Positions 27,327 through 37,225 of a stretch of DNA of 64,000 bases are shown in pieces. The notes under the pieces are model-generated. The model searched no databases. It had not been told where the DNA came from and saw nothing but the letters and a program-made list of their open reading frames with translations. Made by a program: the position numbers and the translations under genes. The stretch is from a virus. Each line of letters opens with the position of its first letter. The stretch's first letter is position 1. The DNA is taken from positions 1 through 64,000 of IMG/VR virus record IMGVR_UViG_3300044712_001084, one strand, 5' to 3'.

Positions 27327-28409
27327 CTATTCCTCGCCAGACTCATCTTCAGTAGAAGGCTGCTCTTCTGGATTAGCGTGCTGTACAACCGCCAGCGGGT
27401 CATAGGCTAGAACCAACTCAGCTATGGCGGCATATTCCTCTCTGTAAAAGTCAGGCCAATCTGCCCTCGACAACTCGATATCCTCGTCACCCAATGATAA
27501 TATATAGCTGCGTCCCTCTTGCCGCAATAGGTCTGCATCTTTCAGATATAACCATGTGGCGGCTGGGTCATCTATTCCTTCACCAAAGTAAATCGGAAAA
27601 GTGGCTGACCTGAACGGCTTGGCCATTTTATTCTTTACCACGGTGGCACGCGTAAGCATACCCAAGATGCGCTTCTTGCCGTTCTTAGCTTTATCACTCT
27701 TGATCTTGCTGGAGAGGTCCAATTGAACGCGCACTGATGAATGAAATGGAATAGCCTTGCCGCCAAAGGTAGATGTATCATCGCCAAACATTACGCCAAT
27801 CTTCTGGCGCGTCTGGTTGAGGAATAAAGCACATATGCGTTGGTCAGATAGGATACGCGTGAATTTGCGCAAGGATTGCGATATAATACGCGCATGGCTG
27901 GCCATAGTAGCTTTGCCATATTCGTGCGTCATTTCATATTCATCCGAGGTGGCAGCCACGCTATCCCAAACCAGTAGCATATCCGTGTCAGGAAACTTCT
28001 TGTCTTTCAACTCAGCCACTGTCTCAAAGAATTCAAATACTTCCTCGATTGTGTCTGGTGAATAATAGATCAAGTTGCCCACGTCCACGCCCAGCATTTT
28101 CATCATATCGATAGACACAGCCGTCTCTGTATCCACGTACCCGCATATGATGCCAGATTGCTGGGCCAGCGCCACCGTCTGCGCTGCTATCAGGCTCTTG
28201 CCGCTAGATGGGTCACCGAACATCTCAGTCAACCGTCCAACTGGCAAACCTTTGCCCATAATAGCGTCCAGCACGAGGCATCCGGTGGGCATAAACGCGT
28301 TTACCACGCAAGGGCTGTCGTCATCCGATAACAATGACACATCTATCTTGCGCTTCATAGCCTTTACCAAGTCTGATGCTTTACTCGCCATATCATCCTC
28401 CAAGTTCAC
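27327..28409 (-). CDS. recA: RecA-family recombinase
   Basis: GDPSSGKS, DSVAA, NQTRQKIGVMFGD, GGKAIPFHSSVR. Confidence 0.92.
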   Translation of the reverse strand: MNLEDDMASKASDLVKAMKRKIDVSLLSDDDSPCVVNAFMPTGCLVLDAIMGKGLPVGRLTEMFGDPSSGKSLIAAQTVALAQQSGIICGYVDTETAVSIDMMKMLGVDVGNLIYYSPDTIEEVFEFFETVAELKDKKFPDTDMLLVWDSVAATSDEYEMTHEYGKATMASHARIISQSLRKFTRILSDQRICALFLNQTRQKIGVMFGDDTSTFGGKAIPFHSSVRVQLDLSSKIKSDKAKNGKKRILGMLTRATVVKNKMAKPFRSATFPIYFGEGIDDPAATWLYLKDADLLRQEGRSYILSLGDEDIELSRADWPDFYREEYAAIAELVLAYDPLAVVQHANPEEQPSTEDESGEE

Positions 28410-29589
28410 GATTCACTGTATTGATAATATCTCTAGCCACTGGCAGCGTGCCTTCTATAAACGCGTCACTTTTACCTAGTAAGCGCATATACATCTCAAC
28501 CAGGGCATCCGGTGTCATACCAACGTTGAAGATATCCGCATCCATACGCGCACCATTATCGCGTTCATCCGATAGCGGAACCATGACAATACCTGCCATA
28601 CTGAATACGTGTTTATGCTCTAATGCGGTCAATATTTGCCGTTTATCCAGGCGCATTAGAGCCTCTTTGCTAGCCTGGACTATCACTTTGACAATCGCTC
28701 CATTCAAGGCAGCCAACTCCAACTTCTGTAACACTTTCTTGGTGGGATTATCGGCTTCCGTTTTGACGCGTATTGTTACATATGGCCTGGCATCCAACTC
28801 GATATATTCCCAGTCAGCGCGTCCTGGAGCGATATCGATAATGATAAATCCTTTGGGCTCTTTTTCCTCGTTGAAAGACACGCGTTCTATTGAGCCAGAG
28901 TAAACCACTGGAGGATTATCATTGAGGCATTGATGGGTGTGTAAGTGACCTAGTGCTACATAATCCCATACGGTATCCGCTAACACGCCAATATCCACAT
29001 CTGATTCATCCTCTAGCACATAGCCACGCTCTACACCATAGCTAGCGCCAGATACAGAAAAATGACCCACTAAAATGGATGGCATAGTGTCATCGATACC
29101 TTCACCAAGCGCATAGATAGCTTGCTCAGCCGTGACACGCAAATCCTCTTTGGCGCAATCTAGCGTGCGCCTGGATGGGTACGGTGCTGTAGCAACTTGT
29201 ATAGGGCCAGACTTGGTATCAATAACATGAACCTCATAACGATTGCCAATTGTAACTCCCTCGATACCCAAGCTGCCGTATATCTCTATGGCGCTGGACG
29301 TTGGCGACATATCGTGATTACCAACCAGCATAACCAATGGCGCAATATTCTTTAGCCGTCTAACACGCTCTGCGAACGCTGTCTGATACATAGGGTGAGG
29401 GTTATGGCGATGAAAGGCATCACCAGCGAATATTGATAAATCGACTTGCTCACTCTCAGCAAAGTCGATTATGGCATCAAGCGTATCCAAATAATCCAAG
29501 ACACGTTCGCTCATTCCAGTAATTGGATCGATTGAACCAGCAGAGTCTACACCTATGTGGGCATCAGCAAAATGTAAGACTTTCATCAT
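28393..29589 (-). CDS. sbcD: SbcD/Mre11 nuclease
   Basis: ADAH, AGD, GNHD, GHF, ALGHLH, YSGS. Confidence 0.9.
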   Translation of the reverse strand: MMKVLHFADAHIGVDSAGSIDPITGMSERVLDYLDTLDAIIDFAESEQVDLSIFAGDAFHRHNPHPMYQTAFAERVRRLKNIAPLVMLVGNHDMSPTSSAIEIYGSLGIEGVTIGNRYEVHVIDTKSGPIQVATAPYPSRRTLDCAKEDLRVTAEQAIYALGEGIDDTMPSILVGHFSVSGASYGVERGYVLEDESDVDIGVLADTVWDYVALGHLHTHQCLNDNPPVVYSGSIERVSFNEEKEPKGFIIIDIAPGRADWEYIELDARPYVTIRVKTEADNPTKKVLQKLELAALNGAIVKVIVQASKEALMRLDKRQILTALEHKHVFSMAGIVMVPLSDERDNGARMDADIFNVGMTPDALVEMYMRLLGKSDAFIEGTLPVARDIINTVNRELGG

Positions 29590-29660
29590 CCAGCCCTTAC
29601 AAATAACCTGGTCAGGCTATATACTCTGACCAGGTTATTATCAAAAGGATGCGGGCGCAG

Positions 29661-30638
29661 CTAGCGTCTGGCGGACCTGCGTGCCATGCGGCTCTTGACG
29701 TCCGAATTTACCGCTGAACGCTTGGCGGGACGCACTTCTTCCTCTTCCTCGTCCTCTTCGCTGGCGTCATCCTCAGTATCTTCATCCTCTTCTTCAGGCT
29801 CCGGCTCCGGTGCTGGCTTCTTGGCGTTGCGTGCAGCCGTGGCCGCTTGCTTGGCGTTATTGGATTTTGAGGGCTTCTCTTCCTCTTCGTCCGCAGAAAC
29901 ACCTTCATCCAGCTTGAGTTCCTTGATAATCCGATTGTACGGCAGGACATACAGCGCATGGCCGTCCGACAACTCTTTATCCTCGTTTGGATCTTCGGAG
30001 ACCTCGACATAGCTCAGGTCTTTGGCTTTGTCCACCCATTCCTGGCTCAAGTCAGCGTCATCGGTCAGCGGAGTCGGCTTGGGCTTGGGTAACACCTCGT
30101 ACTCGGTGTCCAGGCCAGAACCCTTGCGCACAATGGTAATATCGAAGCCCTCATTGAGGTCTGTAATATCGCCATAATCCGGATCTGAAATGAGGGTGAT
30201 AAGCGAACCGAAGATCGTGGTACCTGGCGTGAAGATCATCGGTCCCTGGCTCTCCTGGCCGCGCACGATAACGTTCATCCACCAAGTGCGCCGCACACGC
30301 AGGTCGTTGGCCATGGCCTTCTGAGCCTTGTCGCCTGACTTCGACATCTGAGACACGATCTCACAAACCGGGCATTCCAGTTCACCCTCACTGGTGAAGT
30401 TGGGGCAGTACGCGTACTTCTTGCCGTCTGGAGGGAATGAGTGCTTCCCAACCTGCTGGAAAAAATACTGCATGGTGCCCACTTCCGGCAGGATGCGGAT
30501 CACGTTGCGCCCTTCTTTGGGTGTCCAGAAACCTGAACTGCCACCCAAATCCATGCCCTTCATCTTACTGCGCAGTGCAGCCAAACGATCTTGCCCACCT
30601 GCGACTGACTTGCCTTTAGCTAGCGGCTTGGTTGCCAT
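29661..30638 (-). CDS. ssDNA-binding protein (T4 gp32-like)
   Basis: IRILP, H..C..CPVC, DITD...GFDI..., acidic C-terminal tail. Confidence 0.75.
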   Translation of the reverse strand: MATKPLAKGKSVAGGQDRLAALRSKMKGMDLGGSSGFWTPKEGRNVIRILPEVGTMQYFFQQVGKHSFPPDGKKYAYCPNFTSEGELECPVCEIVSQMSKSGDKAQKAMANDLRVRRTWWMNVIVRGQESQGPMIFTPGTTIFGSLITLISDPDYGDITDLNEGFDITIVRKGSGLDTEYEVLPKPKPTPLTDDADLSQEWVDKAKDLSYVEVSEDPNEDKELSDGHALYVLPYNRIIKELKLDEGVSADEEEEKPSKSNNAKQAATAARNAKKPAPEPEPEEEDEDTEDDASEEDEEEEEVRPAKRSAVNSDVKSRMARRSARR

Positions 30639-30738
30639 TTACAGAACTCCTTGGTAAAAGTGGTGAAATATGTGATCAGGAATATCCCTGGGTAAAAGTG
30701 GTGAATTCCTAGCTCTATAATAATAAACTTGCTTTTTG

Positions 30739-31293
30739 TCATTTTCCACGCTTGGAGCGCATTATGGATTTGACATCGCTTATGCTCTGGTCCAGGTCAT
30801 GAACCTCGTTGGAACGTATATTCATGCCAGTCATGTCCATTTCTTTACGCATCTGGGAGCCAAGTGAGATTAGCATATCAGCGCGTTGCTTCAGAGCATC
30901 AGTGATAGCCTTTAGCAACTTGAACTGGTACTCAGCTTCAAAGTAGGCAGCTTGCTTCGCTATATACTCGGCATCGGTGGTGATACACGCTTTGACTTGC
31001 GGCTCAGTCATTTTCTGGTCGTTGACCGCTGCTGCTTCACGCACGGCTGAATCAGTGCGGGCATACTCGACATCTTTGTCAAAATCGGCTCTATTGCGAT
31101 AATCCTCTGCCATGGACGTGAGCACTGCGAAGTGCCCATATAGAGCCGCTTGCTGCATGTATTCTTCGCTTAGCGCTTCGCCATTGACGTTGAGAAGCTC
31201 TATCGCGTTATATGCAGCGCGTTTACCGTCTGGGCCCATAACCGTGATGGTAAAGCCCTCGATAGCTTGAATAACTGGCTTGGCCTGTCCCAT
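30739..31293 (-). CDS. UvsY-like recombination mediator
   Basis: Helical; KMTEPQVKACI...ALKQRADMLISLG; next to SSB. Confidence 0.55.
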   Translation of the reverse strand: MGQAKPVIQAIEGFTITVMGPDGKRAAYNAIELLNVNGEALSEEYMQQAALYGHFAVLTSMAEDYRNRADFDKDVEYARTDSAVREAAAVNDQKMTEPQVKACITTDAEYIAKQAAYFEAEYQFKLLKAITDALKQRADMLISLGSQMRKEMDMTGMNIRSNEVHDLDQSISDVKSIMRSKRGK

Positions 31294-31295
31294 GC

Positions 31296-31610
31296 CTAAT
31301 CCTCCGACAATTCGTGGATATCATCCTCAATGATAATCCCTGCGTTGAGCAAGGCTTGTAAAATCTCTGCGCCAGTCTTGGTGCGCCACACGTCAGCGTT
31401 ATCTGGGTTCTTGAAGAACTCGAATAATTCCATCAACTCACCCAAGGTGAACTGAATAGCGCTAACGTCTGCGCACTGCTGATGGTTCAAAGGTATCGTG
31501 GTGGGCTGCGCTCCATATTCCTCGGCATGCTGTTCGCATACCAGAGTGATATCGTAAGGTCCATCTTGGACATAGTGCGTAGCTGGATTTTGACAATTGA
31601 TCAGTTTCAT
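31296..31610 (-). CDS. Hypothetical protein
   Basis: GAGG RBS. Confidence 0.5.
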   Translation of the reverse strand: MKLINCQNPATHYVQDGPYDITLVCEQHAEEYGAQPTTIPLNHQQCADVSAIQFTLGELMELFEFFKNPDNADVWRTKTGAEILQALLNAGIIIEDDIHELSED

Positions 31611-31622
31611 CGTAGCCTCTCT

Positions 31623-34313
31623 TTACATCAATGATAATTCTAGCGCCAACTCTTTATCGCAAGGCTGGCCATATTCCTCTAGCCATTCATCCAATCCCAT
31701 CTCAGCGCCATAATGCGTACCAACCTCAATATCTGCCTTGAGTGGGGTTCTGAGCCAAGAAAAGTCCAGCCCAGGCGCATACTGGGCCGCGTAAGTGGCT
31801 ACATTCTCCATAACGTCTTTGCATAATCCGGCATATGCTACAATCTCATGTCGTGGAGAGTCTGCCACCAACGAGTCATGTACTGTATTTACTAGCTTAG
31901 AATACAGTCCAGTGTCTCGCAACTTACGATCTATTATTGTCAAGGCAGTCAATAACGTGTCGCTGGCAGCCGATTGAACTGGCATGTTGACGGCTGCGCG
32001 CCTGTCTTTATTCTGGAAGCCTCTATCGCGTGGATCATTGATATATGGCAAGTGCTCACGTCTTCCAAAGGGTGATTCAATATAACCATTATCCTCTGCG
32101 AAGCTCTGCGTCCACTTACGATAATCCAGTACCTCTGGAAAGATATCGTAATATATCTCAACTGTTTCCTCGGCATCCTCTAGAGGGATATCGTACAGCC
32201 TGTGGAGCGTATAAGCATCGCCACCATATAGCAACGTCCAGTTTGTCCATTTATAGCGATAGCGCACTGGCTTGGGCAGAGCCTTTATTTCACCATCTTC
32301 GACATCAAACGGAGATTTATGCGTCATGGCCATAATAGCCACGACTGAATGAAAATCCTTGCCTGACTTGATGATATCGATCATGGGCTGGCAATTAGCC
32401 AGTGAGGCAAACACCCGCAATTCCATACCAGAATAGTCCGCTGCCACGAGTGCGCCGCTATCATAGATATTATCATATACAGGCCACGGATTGTACCCAA
32501 AGATATCAGCAAAGACCTCTAGCCAATCGGAATGCGTGAATACATTCTTGATAGGCATATGCTCCAGTATCGTACCCGGCTCTTTCTCTGGAGTGGGTAT
32601 GTTTTGGAGATTCAATGGCCTGGATGATGATAACCGTCCAGTAACCGTGCCATGCTGATTATAGGTCGTGCGCACTTTACCATCGCTAGATGACCACTTA
32701 CCTTCGGCTGCTGGCCGCAAGTAAGTTCCCAGCATCTTAGACAATAACTTGTAATAACGAATTTTGTACAAGATGGGGTGCTTGGACTCTAGCGGACGAT
32801 AGGATTTTGACGAGGTGGTTGGTGCTCCAGACTTCGTTTTGCCCACCTCTGGTAATTTGTAGTGTAAGAAGTACAAATCGCGTAATTGATTGGCAGAGCC
32901 TGGATTGAAAATATACGGCTTGGGCTGGCGCTTCTTACCAACGCTATCTTGCCGTAATTTTTTATTCACCTTGCTCATCATACTCTTTACTTTGGGATCA
33001 TCCAAAACCACTTGGAAGGCTTTATCGCGCAATAGCTCGTATATTCCAGCATAGCGCTTAGCCACGTAAGCATCCAATGGCAATCCGTTGCTCTGGATAT
33101 GACGCAAAGCATTAGTGGCCGCCACCACTAACTCATGGTATAAAGTCTTTTGCGTATCCGATAATTCTGGATACAACTTGCGCTCCAACTGAAGCGTAGC
33201 CCAAGAGTCTTTGGCACCATAAGGTAATAGAATATCCAACGGTATTTTAGCGTAACTGCCACCGCGTTCTGGATTAGCCTCTGGGTGCTGCTTCTTATAT
33301 ACCTCTAGCTCTGAATCATAATCATACATTCCCAAGTGAACGCCAGCAAGACGTTTCAACCCATGTACACCCTGTCTAGAGTCCAGCAAATGACTGATTA
33401 GCATCGTATCACCGCCAGCGTCCACGTCTATACCCAACCTGGCGCTAACGTGCATCAAGTCAAACTTTACATTATGCCCAGATAAATGACCGCTATGGCT
33501 CTGGAATATATCGCGCAATATTGTCTTTAGCTTAGCATTACCTAGAAACCACGACTCAGGGTGATCCACAGGCAGAGAGTACGCTACACTCCCGGCTGCG
33601 AATGACAATGATAATAGTAAGCTACCATCCAAATATGGATCAAGTGTAGAGGTCTCAACGTCAAACGTAATATCAGTGTGCTGGGCTAGATAGCCTTGCA
33701 TAGCTTTGACCTCTGCCAACGTCTCTGGATATATGTATTGACAATCCTCTCGTTGCTCAGCGTCAATCGCGTTGGTGATAGCTTCTAGCCATTCATCCAT
33801 GTGGCTAGAGTCACGCAAAATATAGGCTGGGTGATAAAGAGGCACAAAGCGCACAGTGAATTTGTCGCCATAGCCGTCTTCCACCTCTTTATCGATAATA
33901 GAGCCGTGCCAGTTTGTAATACCATTCTCACCCAGCACGCCAGATAATGCGCTGCCACCCATCAAAAACACCAAGGCTGGCTTATAATCGAGGATATCTT
34001 GCAGCGCAAATCGACTGCAATGATTCATCGCCATCTTGGTGATCTTGTTGTCTGGTGGGCGGCAGCGCACCACGTTCGTGAAGCGCACGTCAGCGTCAAC
34101 GTCAAATAATTCCTCTAATACCTGGCGCAGTAAGGCACCCGACTTGCCTACAAAAGGTTGACCCTGGCGGTCCTCATCCTCTCCAGGTGCCTCACCGATA
34201 ACCAGCAATCCAGGCTCTTCAGAGCCGTATGACTCCATGAACGGTGTCTTACAACCCTGCCACAGATCGCATTTGACGCATATATCGTTGCGCTTACCTG
34301 GCCGCTTGGTCAT
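31623..34313 (-). CDS. polA: Family A DNA polymerase with N-terminal family-4 uracil-DNA glycosylase domain and 3'-5' exonuclease
   Basis: CVKC..GEAPG..TNVVRCRPP..HPAY (UDG4); FDVET exonuclease; TGRLSS, ADYSGMELR, motif B, VHDS. Confidence 0.92.
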   Translation of the reverse strand: MTKRPGKRNDICVKCDLWQGCKTPFMESYGSEEPGLLVIGEAPGEDEDRQGQPFVGKSGALLRQVLEELFDVDADVRFTNVVRCRPPDNKITKMAMNHCSRFALQDILDYKPALVFLMGGSALSGVLGENGITNWHGSIIDKEVEDGYGDKFTVRFVPLYHPAYILRDSSHMDEWLEAITNAIDAEQREDCQYIYPETLAEVKAMQGYLAQHTDITFDVETSTLDPYLDGSLLLSLSFAAGSVAYSLPVDHPESWFLGNAKLKTILRDIFQSHSGHLSGHNVKFDLMHVSARLGIDVDAGGDTMLISHLLDSRQGVHGLKRLAGVHLGMYDYDSELEVYKKQHPEANPERGGSYAKIPLDILLPYGAKDSWATLQLERKLYPELSDTQKTLYHELVVAATNALRHIQSNGLPLDAYVAKRYAGIYELLRDKAFQVVLDDPKVKSMMSKVNKKLRQDSVGKKRQPKPYIFNPGSANQLRDLYFLHYKLPEVGKTKSGAPTTSSKSYRPLESKHPILYKIRYYKLLSKMLGTYLRPAAEGKWSSSDGKVRTTYNQHGTVTGRLSSSRPLNLQNIPTPEKEPGTILEHMPIKNVFTHSDWLEVFADIFGYNPWPVYDNIYDSGALVAADYSGMELRVFASLANCQPMIDIIKSGKDFHSVVAIMAMTHKSPFDVEDGEIKALPKPVRYRYKWTNWTLLYGGDAYTLHRLYDIPLEDAEETVEIYYDIFPEVLDYRKWTQSFAEDNGYIESPFGRREHLPYINDPRDRGFQNKDRRAAVNMPVQSAASDTLLTALTIIDRKLRDTGLYSKLVNTVHDSLVADSPRHEIVAYAGLCKDVMENVATYAAQYAPGLDFSWLRTPLKADIEVGTHYGAEMGLDEWLEEYGQPCDKELALELSLM

Positions 34314-34891
34314 TTGGAACTGTAATAATCGTAGTACCACTGAATAAGAACTGCGTCATCCTCCAGCGTGGGCGCATCTGATACGGTGGCACGAATCCGC
34401 TGGGCCAGTTCAGGCTCGTTGAATTCTTCCTTTACCGTGTCTGCGCCAGACAATACGCGCATGATAATATAGCTGCGTACGTCCTGGAGTAATTGCGATT
34501 GTCCATCATCTAAACTGCGCAGAATCAACTCTGGGAACAATACTGGCGCGTGCCAGTGGGACACCTTGGAGAATTTATCCATAAGATTATCGGACACCTT
34601 ATGGACAACCTCTTGCTCATATTCCCAGCGCAGCCGCAATAGGGCCAGCAACCCATAGGCCACGGTGTCGCGCATCGTTTCCTCGATATCCTCGTCAGCC
34701 ACCATAGCCTTGCGCCCATCAGATAACGTCTCCAACCGTGTGAGTTTATCCTTGATGCGGATCAATGGAGTGAAAATACCGTTGGCTTGCCAGGCATCGC
34801 CATAATCAGCGTTCTTCTTGATAATCGTGTCCAGTAAACCGTCCACGATGGTTTGCAAGGCTTCTTTAGTAACATTCACTTTATCGCTCAT
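34310..34891 (-). CDS. Nucleotide modification-associated domain 1 (DUF1599/Nmad1-like)
   Basis: KKNADYGDAW...RIKDKLTRL...D..AYG. Confidence 0.7.
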   Translation of the reverse strand: MSDKVNVTKEALQTIVDGLLDTIIKKNADYGDAWQANGIFTPLIRIKDKLTRLETLSDGRKAMVADEDIEETMRDTVAYGLLALLRLRWEYEQEVVHKVSDNLMDKFSKVSHWHAPVLFPELILRSLDDGQSQLLQDVRSYIIMRVLSGADTVKEEFNEPELAQRIRATVSDAPTLEDDAVLIQWYYDYYSSK

Positions 34892-35169
34892 AATACTGGT
34901 TTCCTTTTCGTGATAAATATCCTGGGCGTGCGATTGGATTTGTAAACGGTACCCAGCCCAAAGTGGCACGATGGCATAGCCGTCTCCACGCACTTCATAT
35001 TACCTAGCTGTGCCATGGCCTCACCTTTAGCTCTATCCTCGCCACGCACCAATAACCATTGCGGCTGATATCCCACACGCTCTATGAAAGACTTCTTGGC
35101 CGCTGCCAACGAGTCTGAAGTCAATCCATGTTTGTCATAGTACATTTTGAACATAGTCACCGTCCACAA
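34888..35169 (-). CDS. Hypothetical protein
   Basis: Downstream of motif at 35188. Confidence 0.5.
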   Translation of the reverse strand: MWTVTMFKMYYDKHGLTSDSLAAAKKSFIERVGYQPQWLLVRGEDRAKGEAMAQLGNMKCVETAMPSCHFGLGTVYKSNRTPRIFITKRKPVL

Positions 35170-35188
35170 CTAGGTTAGCTCTATATTA

Positions 35189-35392
35189 CTAAACTTGCGG
35201 GTGACGTATGCCTGGATATACAACTGGTTGCCTGTAGATAGCCGTGGGACATTTGGAAGCGTGCTTTAGCCATTGCCAGGCATGGCACGTCTCGCAATAC
35301 ACTTGCGGGAACTGGGCTGTTAGCTCAGCTATGCGTTGCGGAGACGTAACCCAAGTCACTTTTCCATGGGACATCAGCCTGCATCTGTGCAT
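35189..35392 (-). CDS. Small Cys/His protein
   Basis: CETC...H...C. Confidence 0.4.
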   Translation of the reverse strand: MHRCRLMSHGKVTWVTSPQRIAELTAQFPQVYCETCHAWQWLKHASKCPTAIYRQPVVYPGIRHPQV

Positions 35393-35397
35393 ACGAT

Positions 35398-36285
35398 CTA
35401 CCTAAGTTGCGGTGGCACGAATTTGGAACGCGGCTTGCCTTCGCCAGTCAGAACGCGCATATATTTATCCCATTCGCATAACGAGTGTTCCACGTCTCGC
35501 ATTTCCAGTGGATCCATCCAGTAGGCTAGATACTCCGGTGACAGTTCTAGCAAGGTCCGCATTGCCATTATACACTCTGCACGGCTTGGAAAGTCTTTGG
35601 TACCATGTCTAGCGTCTTGACCCATCAAGCGCACAATCCCTCGAATGGCTCCGGGACCAGGATTTGCCCAAGTCAATATATCGGCTGCGTTGCATAGATA
35701 ACGCGTCCAGCGCAAATCGGTGATAACCTCGTAAGTGATAAAGTGGCCGTATCCAGGCACTTTACCGTCTAGCCGATTGAACGCCATTTCTAGCGTATCT
35801 CCTGGTTGCGGCTCTAGCTCTCTGCGTTTATTCCACAGAATAGCAAACGATATATTGAAAATCTGTTCAATCTTGGTTGGCGGCATGTAACCACTAGCGT
35901 CCCGAATGTTACCGCACAGCATATGAGCGCCAGTGAAAATCTGACCGCCAGAGGCTCTGCGCTGAAACATGTGCTGCGTATAGCGGTCAGCGTCATAATC
36001 CTCGATATAACCCAAGGCTTGCTGCGTCTCGATTAGGTTATACCGTCTATAGGCAGCGATGTTGAAAAACAGTTCAGGATGCGCTGCGTACGGCTCCCTA
36101 ATGGCCTCCCGGCAATGAACTGTGCCACGGTCAAGCTCTCTGTATACATTAGTGAATTTATACGTCTGAAGTATCGGGTCAAGTGTCCATGGCCAAGGAT
36201 GACCGTTCGCACGCCTGAGATACACGGCATGGCGTTCATTCATGAATTCAAAGAACTGCTGGATATTGTCACTAAGTAATTCCAT
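35398..36285 (-). CDS. aGPT-Pplase1 / amino acid:DNA transferase-like thymidine hypermodification enzyme
   Basis: ERHAVY...PWPWTLDPILQTYKFTNVYRELDR, GYGHFITYEVITD, GPGAIRG, EHSLCEWDKY. Confidence 0.8.
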   Translation of the reverse strand: MELLSDNIQQFFEFMNERHAVYLRRANGHPWPWTLDPILQTYKFTNVYRELDRGTVHCREAIREPYAAHPELFFNIAAYRRYNLIETQQALGYIEDYDADRYTQHMFQRRASGGQIFTGAHMLCGNIRDASGYMPPTKIEQIFNISFAILWNKRRELEPQPGDTLEMAFNRLDGKVPGYGHFITYEVITDLRWTRYLCNAADILTWANPGPGAIRGIVRLMGQDARHGTKDFPSRAECIMAMRTLLELSPEYLAYWMDPLEMRDVEHSLCEWDKYMRVLTGEGKPRSKFVPPQLR

Positions 36286-36361
36286 AAAGCCCTCTCTAAT
36301 GCTAGTGCCCCCAAGTATAGCTACTGGGGGCACTAGTCACGTACCTGGCGCTGGCTAGAGG

Positions 36362-37225
36362 CTAGCCGCGCACCGCATCACGCTGCTTGCGCGTCTGGTA
36401 TTCAGGCTTGTACTTTTCCACGCCCATGTGTTCGCGCATGGCCTGGGTCAGCCGAATCATGTTGACGCGTTCGTCTTTGTCATCTTCCCACTTCACACCC
36501 TCTTTCTTGGCGCGATTGCGCTTTTCAGCGGCAGTGAGTTGATTCCATTCCTCGTCAAACTTGAGGTACTCCTGCGTGCAGACCTCTTCGAGGTAGGCTT
36601 TGCCAGTCAGCTTGCCGGCAGCGCTAGCGGCAGCGCGTCCAGAGGCAGGGCCAACCGTCCATTTACCATCAGCCGTCTTGGTGATGACGATCACCTGACC
36701 AGTGCTCATGGCTTCCATCATAGCGGGCAGCAATTCTTCCATGACCTGGCTGGACACGGTTTTGAGTTTCAGGCTGGGAGCGGCAACTTTGGCTGGCGCT
36801 TCTTCAACCACGTCTTCTTCCACAACCGGGTCCGGCTCAACGATCTTGGCCACAGGCTTGGCGGCTGGCTTCACGGCAACTTTGGCGGCTGGCGGAGGCA
36901 CAACGACTTTCTTGGCGGGAGCGGCTGGAGGCTCAACCTTCGCGGCTGGCTTGGCGGCTGGCTTGGCGGCAACTGGCGGCACAACAACTTTCTTAGTGGA
37001 GACGGTGGGAACCACTGCCTTCTTGGTCGGCTTGGCGGGAGGCTCAGGCTCTTCTTCCTCGTCAGCGTCATCCGCTTCGGCATCATCTTCTTCGACATCC
37101 ACATCGATGTCTTCCGGCTCAACCTGGGTGTCCAGGACTTCTTCCACTTCTTCCTCTTCCACAGGCTTGGAAGCAGGTTTGCCAATACGTCTTCGAACTA
37201 CCATGATAATCCTCTCTTTACGCAA
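36362..37225 (-). CDS. Acidic + Pro/Ala/Lys-rich protein with globular C-terminus
   Basis: E/D-rich N-terminus, AKPAAK repeats. Confidence 0.65.
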   Translation of the reverse strand: MRKERIIMVVRRRIGKPASKPVEEEEVEEVLDTQVEPEDIDVDVEEDDAEADDADEEEEPEPPAKPTKKAVVPTVSTKKVVVPPVAAKPAAKPAAKVEPPAAPAKKVVVPPPAAKVAVKPAAKPVAKIVEPDPVVEEDVVEEAPAKVAAPSLKLKTVSSQVMEELLPAMMEAMSTGQVIVITKTADGKWTVGPASGRAAASAAGKLTGKAYLEEVCTQEYLKFDEEWNQLTAAEKRNRAKKEGVKWEDDKDERVNMIRLTQAMREHMGVEKYKPEYQTRKQRDAVRG

